DNA from: Candidatus Poseidoniales archaeon
Lineage (GTDB): Archaea > Thermoplasmatota > Poseidoniia > Poseidoniales > Poseidoniaceae
Reading direction: 5' to 3'
Assembly: GCA_038116375.1 (NCBI GenBank)
Contig: JAYNUQ010000001.1
Coordinates: forward strand, 13,454-77,453
DNA length: 64,000 nucleotides
The position numbers and the translations under genes are program-made. Shown here piece after piece: positions 57,527-64,000 of the stretch; position 1 is the first letter of the stretch; every line of letters starts with the position of its first letter. The notes beneath the pieces were generated by a model. It saw nothing but the letters and a program-made list of their open reading frames with translations, had not been told where the DNA came from and did no database searches.

Positions 57527-59317
57527 ATGCGAACACGACTCCATTCGGTCGCCATCACCCTTTGCCTGCTCATGCTGACGGCCCCTTTTGCAGCCGCAGC
57601 ACCACCAACAAGCGGCGATTCAACGACCATTACCTCCTCGGAAACCTGGACAGAAGACGACCACATGAACGGCCACGTCATCGTCGAATCAGGTGCAACC
57701 CTCACCATCAATGCCAACATCACCGTAGAAACAGGCTCGGCCTTTACCGTGGAGCAGGGTGGCCAACTCGTCGTGACCAACGGGGCCCTTGTGAGCGACG
57801 ACCTCAACGCAGGACTGATGGTGAACAGCATGTTTGCTGCGCTCACACTCAACTTTGGCGACCTCGCTGACGAAGGTGTCGTCCAGCTCAAGTTCGACCA
57901 CATCATCGATGAATCCTCGAAGATGAACGTCACCCTCGGAGACGAAACGGTCAACGCCTCGGGCTTGGACTTGATTCAATTTGATGCACCGCTCAACGCA
58001 ACGGACCTCGTCCTCACCTTCGATTCCTATTACTTCACCCCAACCTACGTTCTGTGGGCCAAAGCCATCTACGGCGGTGGCAACACGGAAACGCACCTCG
58101 CCCAGGACATTGAAGCACATGAGGCGCCGCTCTACTGGTTCCAGTCGGGCTTTGACATTCACGCTCATGGCGACCTCTCCATCACAAGCAGCACCGTTTC
58201 AGGTGCCAACATTCACTGCGAGGGCCTGTGCCAATTCGACAATTCAGAACTGGTGGGAAGTGCTCCCGTCGATGCTGCCTCAACCTCAACGGTTTCCGTT
58301 GAAGACAGCATCATCAGCGGTTCAAGAAGCGATGAGGACATCATTGTCCGCGACCAGGCATCCATCACCTACAGCAACAGCCAAGGCACCGGTGGCACCA
58401 CCGATGCATGGATCCGTCTTCTCACTCAGCGAAGCCTCACCACCAACATCCCCAACGGAAGTCTGGACATCTACGACATGGGCTGGGGCGCAGCGGACTG
58501 GAACGATTTGACCGATGAAAACGGCTACATTCTCCTCGTTGAGGAAGGCGCCACGAACGAGCACAAGCGCATCGTGGAGTGGATGGACGGCGACGGTGTG
58601 CTCCATCAAGAAGAGGCCCGAATCACGCTGTCCATCACGAGCAGTTGGGGGACGTTCTCCACAACGATTGATGCGCCCACGACCGCAGAGGGAACCATTG
58701 AACTCGATTTGCCAGATGTGGCGGTCACCTCCGTCGCTCCAGAGTCGACAACCGCTGTTGCCAACAAGAGCGTCTCGGGGATGGTCACCGTGGCCAACTC
58801 TGGAGATGCTCCCGTCTCCGGGGTCAACATCTGGTGCTACGTTGACGGTGAGGTCGTTGAGACCACACAAATGGTGGTCAGTTTGGATGCAGGAGAGTCG
58901 AAAGACGTGCCCTTCACCTGGTACATGTACGAAGCAGGCGAGGCCGAACTCAACTGCAAGCCGCTGCTCCCCACGGCGCTGAACGGCATTGCAGACCTGG
59001 TGGTGGACCTGTCCGGCTCGACATCTGAGATCATCACGTGGGAGTATGCAGAGGAAGTCGAAGAGTTCCCCCTCATCATATGGATCGTCGCCATTGCGGG
59101 ATTCATGGGCTTGGCCTTGGTGGTCGCTTCACAATCGAGGAAACAAGCGGTGGGCAAGGCTTACGACACTCACGTGGAACCATCGGCTGAATCAGACGAA
59201 GAGGACGACGCAGGCCCTACCGAAGAAGCAGAACCTACCGTTGAGGACGAGGAAGCACCCGAGGAAGAGCAAGCGGCATCATCCATCTACGACCTCAAAG
59301 AAGAAGACGAAGACTGA
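57527..59317 (+). CDS. Secreted CARDB-domain surface protein with TM anchor and acidic tail
   Basis: Signal peptide; G.V.V..GATLTI N-terminal motif similar to the start of the 44974 protein; LPDVAV...VANSG CARDB; TM helix; Glu-rich tail. Confidence 0.8.
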   Translation: MRTRLHSVAITLCLLMLTAPFAAAAPPTSGDSTTITSSETWTEDDHMNGHVIVESGATLTINANITVETGSAFTVEQGGQLVVTNGALVSDDLNAGLMVNSMFAALTLNFGDLADEGVVQLKFDHIIDESSKMNVTLGDETVNASGLDLIQFDAPLNATDLVLTFDSYYFTPTYVLWAKAIYGGGNTETHLAQDIEAHEAPLYWFQSGFDIHAHGDLSITSSTVSGANIHCEGLCQFDNSELVGSAPVDAASTSTVSVEDSIISGSRSDEDIIVRDQASITYSNSQGTGGTTDAWIRLLTQRSLTTNIPNGSLDIYDMGWGAADWNDLTDENGYILLVEEGATNEHKRIVEWMDGDGVLHQEEARITLSITSSWGTFSTTIDAPTTAEGTIELDLPDVAVTSVAPESTTAVANKSVSGMVTVANSGDAPVSGVNIWCYVDGEVVETTQMVVSLDAGESKDVPFTWYMYEAGEAELNCKPLLPTALNGIADLVVDLSGSTSEIITWEYAEEVEEFPLIIWIVAIAGFMGLALVVASQSRKQAVGKAYDTHVEPSAESDEEDDAGPTEEAEPTVEDEEAPEEEQAASSIYDLKEEDED

Positions 59318-59340
59318 GCGAAACGCTCACCTGAGGTTCA

Positions 59341-59357
59341 CTGACTGTATCAGTCAG
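59341..59357. terminator. Inverted repeat between convergent genes, possible bidirectional terminator
   Basis: CTGACTG-TAT-CAGTCAG, a perfect 7-bp inverted repeat in the 42-nt gap between two stop codons. Confidence 0.4.
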
Positions 59358-59359
59358 AA

Positions 59360-60559
59360 TCAGCACGTCGTGCCCACACCGTCGCCCTTTGCCTGAACGG
59401 GGTCATTGTTGCCATCCCGTGTAGCAGAGGTAAGATCGATATTCCAACTGTACTCCGATGAGAAAACCGTTTGGTCGCCAAGAGCATTGGTGATGTCAAC
59501 GGTGAAGGTGTAACAATCCTTTCCTTCGTAAAAGTCAGACTTATCGAGGTAGAAAACTCCAGCGTTGTCCGTACCGGAGCCCGTGAGACCAAACCAACCG
59601 GCGGTTGAGGCACTTCCCGTTCCACCGCTTTGAGGCGACCATGTGGCCATGTCGCCGTCAACCGAGATGAGGCTCTCCGTCCATGTGTCACCACCCGAAA
59701 CGGTGACCTGCACTTGATAGTCGGCGCTCATGGGACGAAGACCCACAGCCGAGAATCCACCGCCGTCTTCGGCTTCTTCGTTTGGACCGAGGAGGCCAAC
59801 GAGAACTTCGATCGTGATGCCAACGTATTCGTCGGCGTCGTTGCTGTCGTGAAGTTCAGCGATGCGCACGCCAGCATCCTGTGCTTCTCGCGTGGTGAAT
59901 CGGGTTGGAATCTTGATTTCGCCTTCCTGGCCGTTTGAACCAACGCCCTTGATGACGTAATCAACAACTTCGTTGCCGGCGTAATCTTCGCCGTTGCCCG
60001 CAAAGAAGTCGGCGAGTGGAACTTTGAACTTCTTCATGTCGTTGCTGACATCCCCTGAATCGGTCCACATTTCAACGCCATCAGCCTCAATCGAGACATC
60101 AACCGACGACATGGTGCCTCGAACTTTGAACGAGAGTTCGTTGGTCTCTTCGTTAAGTTCCACCTCGGAGATGGCCATGGAAGCGTTGGTGGGCACCAGC
60201 ATGACGGCTGCGTAGGGGGTGGTTGCAATGAGCAAGGCCACCACGACGCTGGCGCCGAGTTTCACTTGGTTGATGCTACCACGCATGCGCTCAGCCTGGA
60301 CGATGGCCCCGATACCAAGCACGAGAACGACCGTGACCACGATGAAGCCCCAGGCCCCTCCCTGAAGCGAGAGAATCGCGCCCAGCAGGATGACGACCCA
60401 TCCAGCGAGGCTCATTTTCGTGGCGCTGTCCGGCCCACCCGCAGCATTTGACGTGGTGGATGTGGATGGAGCAGGTTCTGCGGCGGCCTTAACCGCCACC
60501 GGCTTTGGTTCGGTTTCCGAGTCTTTTGCCGCATTTGCTTTGTCAAGTAATCCACCCAT
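59360..60559 (-). CDS. Hypothetical membrane protein with three N-terminal TM helices and an acidic extracellular domain
   Basis: Starts MGGLLDKA; three hydrophobic helices; acidic beta-rich C-terminus. Confidence 0.78.
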   Translation of the reverse strand: MGGLLDKANAAKDSETEPKPVAVKAAAEPAPSTSTTSNAAGGPDSATKMSLAGWVVILLGAILSLQGGAWGFIVVTVVLVLGIGAIVQAERMRGSINQVKLGASVVVALLIATTPYAAVMLVPTNASMAISEVELNEETNELSFKVRGTMSSVDVSIEADGVEMWTDSGDVSNDMKKFKVPLADFFAGNGEDYAGNEVVDYVIKGVGSNGQEGEIKIPTRFTTREAQDAGVRIAELHDSNDADEYVGITIEVLVGLLGPNEEAEDGGGFSAVGLRPMSADYQVQVTVSGGDTWTESLISVDGDMATWSPQSGGTGSASTAGWFGLTGSGTDNAGVFYLDKSDFYEGKDCYTFTVDITNALGDQTVFSSEYSWNIDLTSATRDGNNDPVQAKGDGVGTTC

Positions 60560-60649
60560 GGTCAATCCCCGTTACAAGGGTGTTTCACGAACGGTGTTAT
60601 CAATCCAACCCCTGTATGAGTCGCAGGGAGGGTTTTTCAGAACAACCCG

Positions 60650-61585
60650 TCAGAGGCCGGGAGCGGATTCTCGCCAGGCTTCTTCATCGCCCTCTTCATC
60701 GGTGTTGAGGAAGCGGCGACCAGCGACGGCGCCCGCAAGAGCGATCATGGAGATGGCAGGAACCACTTCGAAACCTGGGAGGTAAACGCCACGGACGTAG
60801 ACCGTGATCATCTGGGACTCTCGGTTGCACCCACCGTTCTGGCAGGCGAATTCAGATTCAGCGTAGAATTCCATCACGTGGTAAGCATCGGACCAACCTT
60901 GGTTCTTCGGTGTACGGACCATGATTCGGGCGTTCTCTGGAGCGGTGTTGGGCTCGATGGTGACGACCGTCTGTGGGAGGTTGACGGTGAAGCCAGCTTC
61001 CTCCAGGGTGTCTCGGGTGTTTTCGGTGACACCGATCTTCATTCGGTCAATTTGATTTCCAAAGTTGTACACCTTGAACTGGAAGTTCTTGTCGGTCTTT
61101 GGCATGAGTTGAACAAAGGGCTCAACGGCCTCAACCTGAACGATGCTGAACTGCATGATGTTGATGAGGGCGTTGACTTGTGAGGAAGCGGTGTTGGGGG
61201 GCGGCAGGTTGTTGAGTTCCTGGACTTGAGCCGAGACGGTCAGTTGACGGGATTGCATCTGCATGTAGGGGTTGGCACGGACAACCACTTGGAAGTCCAC
61301 TTCCTGGCCGGCACCGACGTACATGTCACCGGGTGCGGCCGTGGCGAGACCGTCGCTGGTGACCTGAATGGCGACCTTTTCGACGTAGGCCGTTGGGTTG
61401 GACACCGTACAGGTGGTGTAGCCCGTGAGGGTGGCCCCGGGTTTGACCTCAACTTGGATTTGACCGGGTGCACAGGTCATGGAAACGGCAGCGCCAGAAA
61501 TCTGGGCAGAGGCTGGAACCGCAACCACCATGAGCGAACAAAAGTAGATTCCCAACAAAGCAACGACTCGCTTCCATGCCGACAT
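60650..61585 (-). CDS. Secreted two-Ig-domain protein with a PGF-CTERM-like sorting signal
   Basis: Signal peptide; C-terminal LPGFE + hydrophobic helix + RR; AGGTGA RBS. Confidence 0.78.
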   Translation of the reverse strand: MSAWKRVVALLGIYFCSLMVVAVPASAQISGAAVSMTCAPGQIQVEVKPGATLTGYTTCTVSNPTAYVEKVAIQVTSDGLATAAPGDMYVGAGQEVDFQVVVRANPYMQMQSRQLTVSAQVQELNNLPPPNTASSQVNALINIMQFSIVQVEAVEPFVQLMPKTDKNFQFKVYNFGNQIDRMKIGVTENTRDTLEEAGFTVNLPQTVVTIEPNTAPENARIMVRTPKNQGWSDAYHVMEFYAESEFACQNGGCNRESQMITVYVRGVYLPGFEVVPAISMIALAGAVAGRRFLNTDEEGDEEAWRESAPGL

Positions 61586-61647
61586 AGTCTCACCTAACGG
61601 TCTTCCCAACCCCCCCCACCTCATAACCATTATGGGTCCGTTGTGCG

Positions 61648-61667
61648 AAAAGAGGCAACCTTGCCTC
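61648..61667 (-). terminator. Hairpin plus T-tract downstream of tRNA-Ile2
   Basis: Minus strand reads GAGGCA-AGGT-TGCCTC then TTTT, about 8 nt after the tRNA CCA. Confidence 0.55.
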
Positions 61668-61675
61668 AGGTTTCG

Positions 61676-61752
61676 TGGTGGGCCCGAAGGGAGTTGAACC
61701 CCTGACCTCCCGGTTATGAGCCGGGCGCTCTAACCAACTAAGCTACAGGCCC
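61676..61752 (-). tRNA. tRNA-Ile2 (anticodon CAU, agmatidine-modified), CCA encoded, no intron
   Basis: GGGCCTGTAGCTTAGTTGGTTAGAGCGCCCGGCTCATAACCGGGAGGTCAGGGGTTCAACTCCCTTCGGGCCCACCA folds as a cloverleaf. The GGGCC acceptor stem and A73 fit archaeal Ile2 better than Met. Confidence 0.9.
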
Positions 61753-61792
61753 CGTTAAAGGGTCAAACATGAGCATCATGAACCTTCTTGTC

Positions 61793-63094
61793 TCAATCAA
61801 ATTGAGCCAGCGAAGATTGAGACGGCTTGATCCACTCTCGGACGTTCTTTTCCATCTCATCTCGAACCGCTTCGGGAACGAAGATCAAGCAGCGTTCATG
61901 CGGCTGGGCGAGCGAACGTATGAGCGCCGAATGTTCCGAGGCGTCCCGGCCGTCTTCAAGCAGAATCCCTGCGTCGTAGGGAAGGTATCCCCGCTTGCGA
62001 ATCGTGGCTTGAATAAGGTCCAAGTTCGCATCGTAGCCTTGCGATTCAAGAAGTTCCCGCAGGCGCGGGAGGACAACGTCACACATCTCAACCGTAAGGT
62101 GGTCAATGCGCAGGGATTTGTGGAAATTTTTCCGACTCATGAGACGACCTGCGTAGCCCGAAAGACGCGCATCCGTGTGCCGTGCCCAACCCGGCAGAGC
62201 GACCTTGATGTGCGCATCGTTGAGGAGAACGTAATCTTCAGGGGAAAGGGATTGGTTGAGCAGCATGTGCGAAAGTTCGGCTGAGAGCTCAAGTTGTCCG
62301 TCCTTTGCCAAGTCCCTTGCCCGCTCGAGCATGTTGACGAGGTAAGCCTGTGTCAGCATGTTCACCTTGTGAAAGTAGACCTGCTGGTACATGTGATAGC
62401 GGGTGACGAGGTAGGCCTCAATGGCTGGAAGACCCCATCGCTTGACGAACATGCGTCCGTCATCACCCACACGGAGCGCCCGGATGACCCGAGCACTGTC
62501 AAACCCTCCGATTTGGGCCCCTGTGTTTGCTTGGTCTCGAATCATGTAGTCCATGCGGTCGACATCGAGTTGGCTGCTGACGATTTCCTTCATGAAGCGA
62601 GGAATCGGGACACCTTCGTGTTCGTCATGGCCGTCCATGAGGGCAAAGAGTCGGCCCATTCGCTTCGCTCCGAGGGTTGCTCGAACCGCTTGCCCGATGG
62701 CGGTGTTCGGTGATTCGAGGATGTCTCTGCCCCATGCTTCGTGAGAGCGAAACGTCGCGTAGACGCGGGGCGTCTCGAGCAAATGCGAGTAGGGGGGATG
62801 ACCGATATCGTGGAGAAGTGCGGCCAACTGCACGAGTTCCTCATCGTCTTTCGACAACAGCCCAGGGTGGACCTCGTTCAAGTGAATGGCCAGTTGCCCA
62901 GCGAGGTGGTAGGCGCCCAGCGAGTGAGCAAACCTGTTGTGGGTTGCGGCTGGAAAAACATACTCGCAGGTCGACAGTTGTTGAATGGCCCGCAGACGCT
63001 GAAATTCGGGCGTGTCAATGATGGAAGCATGCGACGCTGGAACCAAAATATCGCGGTGGATTTCGTCGCGAATCACGCGGTCTCGACCGTTCAT
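61793..63094 (-). CDS. HD-domain phosphohydrolase (SAMHD1/dNTPase-like)
   Basis: IRDEIH, FQRLRAIQQL, HNRFAHSLG, LLHDIGHPPYSH, DVDRMDY..RD and R..MY.QVYFH. Confidence 0.92.
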   Translation of the reverse strand: MNGRDRVIRDEIHRDILVPASHASIIDTPEFQRLRAIQQLSTCEYVFPAATHNRFAHSLGAYHLAGQLAIHLNEVHPGLLSKDDEELVQLAALLHDIGHPPYSHLLETPRVYATFRSHEAWGRDILESPNTAIGQAVRATLGAKRMGRLFALMDGHDEHEGVPIPRFMKEIVSSQLDVDRMDYMIRDQANTGAQIGGFDSARVIRALRVGDDGRMFVKRWGLPAIEAYLVTRYHMYQQVYFHKVNMLTQAYLVNMLERARDLAKDGQLELSAELSHMLLNQSLSPEDYVLLNDAHIKVALPGWARHTDARLSGYAGRLMSRKNFHKSLRIDHLTVEMCDVVLPRLRELLESQGYDANLDLIQATIRKRGYLPYDAGILLEDGRDASEHSALIRSLAQPHERCLIFVPEAVRDEMEKNVREWIKPSQSSLAQFD

Positions 63095-63193
63095 GATGGT
63101 TCTCCGGCTTCTCGGGTCTTTATAGCCCTTCTCGGAAACGGGAGGAAACCCAACGGAGACAACGCATAAGCGTGTCTTTTGACAGCACATCCC

Positions 63194-64000
63194 ATGGCGG
63201 ATGCCGTTAAGGGCCTGATGGACAAAATCACCAACGATGACCCTGAGACTCGAGGTCAGCAGTTGTGGGTCATGTTTGCCCTGTCAATGTTCCTCGTCGC
63301 AACGCTGAACTGGTACGCTTATGTTCGAGAACCTGAGGTCATCGAAGTTCGCCAACTCTTGGAATACAAGAACGAGGTCGTGAAGATTGAAGGGACGTTG
63401 ATTTCCTGGGTGGAAGACCCGTATGCTTCGGGAGATGACCGCGTGGACGCCATCATCGATGACGGCACGGGCGTGGTTGAATCGAGGTGGTACAGGCCGG
63501 GAACCATGCCGCCCATCGGCACCACGGTCACGGTCATGGGCGATGTCATCGAATACGACGGACGCATATGGCTTCAATCGCTGGGTGCTGGCGCCATGGA
63601 ATGGACGACCTCAGATTTACCCGACGTGGAGCAACTCGCCATCGCCGATGTGGCCCAAGATCCCGCTGCCTATGCGGGCGGAGTGATTCGGCTCACGGGT
63701 TTCATCGGAGAATCCATCGCCCCTGACGCCACGTTCACGTCCGCCTACCTTGGTGACCACCCCAACTACGGGAACTCCGAGCATCAACTGCACCTCATCA
63801 TTCGCTCAGCCATCGGCGAGTGGATTGAAGCCACCTCAAAAGTGGAGTTGCAAGGCATCCTCACCTACCAACAGCGAGACCTCCGATGGAGCCTTCAGGT
63901 GCAGGGCCCTGAGATTCTTGTGGACCGCAACCACGTGGTCAACATCCCGCAACTGGACTGGAACGCCGAAGCCACGTGGAGTTACCAATCGGGCCAAACC
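63194..64000 (+). CDS. Membrane-anchored protein with tandem OB-fold-like domains (3' truncated; absent from ORF track)
   Basis: Frame open from ATG 63194 to the window end: MADAVKGLMDK..., a TM helix, then VKIEGTL...IIDDGTG...GTTVTVMGDVIEYDG, and a second repeat VIRLTG...VELQGIL. Confidence 0.75.
   Translation, partial: MADAVKGLMDKITNDDPETRGQQLWVMFALSMFLVATLNWYAYVREPEVIEVRQLLEYKNEVVKIEGTLISWVEDPYASGDDRVDAIIDDGTGVVESRWYRPGTMPPIGTTVTVMGDVIEYDGRIWLQSLGAGAMEWTTSDLPDVEQLAIADVAQDPAAYAGGVIRLTGFIGESIAPDATFTSAYLGDHPNYGNSEHQLHLIIRSAIGEWIEATSKVELQGILTYQQRDLRWSLQVQGPEILVDRNHVVNIPQLDWNAEATWSYQSGQT

Noticed and set aside
61676-61752. tRNA-Met assignment from the CAU anticodon
   Set aside because: It lacks initiator features (A1-U72 and three consecutive G-C anticodon-stem pairs), and the acceptor stem is Ile-like.
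61676-63094. tRNA plus SAMHD1-like gene as an integrated defence island
   Set aside because: No integrase, no duplicated tRNA 3' end and no compositional shift seen; HD proteins of this type are common housekeeping genes.

Overview
A gene-dense, GC-rich archaeal chromosomal segment. Its gene content and style suggest Thermoplasmatota, probably Marine Group II / Ca. Poseidoniales (inference). Housekeeping genes: pheT (partial), SRAP, rnhB, gltX, rps15 with a degenerate RecJ/Cdc45-like gene, arcS, dnaJ, purD, an HD dNTPase-like gene and tRNA-Ile2(CAU). These are interleaved with many large cell-surface or secreted proteins: a ~3184-aa oligosaccharyltransferase AglB with large N- and C-terminal extensions, a ~1900-aa DxDxDG-repeat protein, a ~1800-aa surface protein, a ~1460-aa beta-helix protein followed directly by a wHTH-STAND-TPR regulator, a three-gene type IV pilin-like operon, and several CARDB/Ig-like proteins. 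I saw no integrase, transposase, CRISPR array or prophage. The most notable signals are the giant AglB fusion, the surface protein/STAND regulator pair, recurrent Trp-rich cytoplasmic tails, a pyroglutamyl peptidase-Nudix fusion, and a non-canonical TATA-like box at -29/-30 of many apparently leaderless genes. All calls come from reading motifs by eye; no database searches were run.
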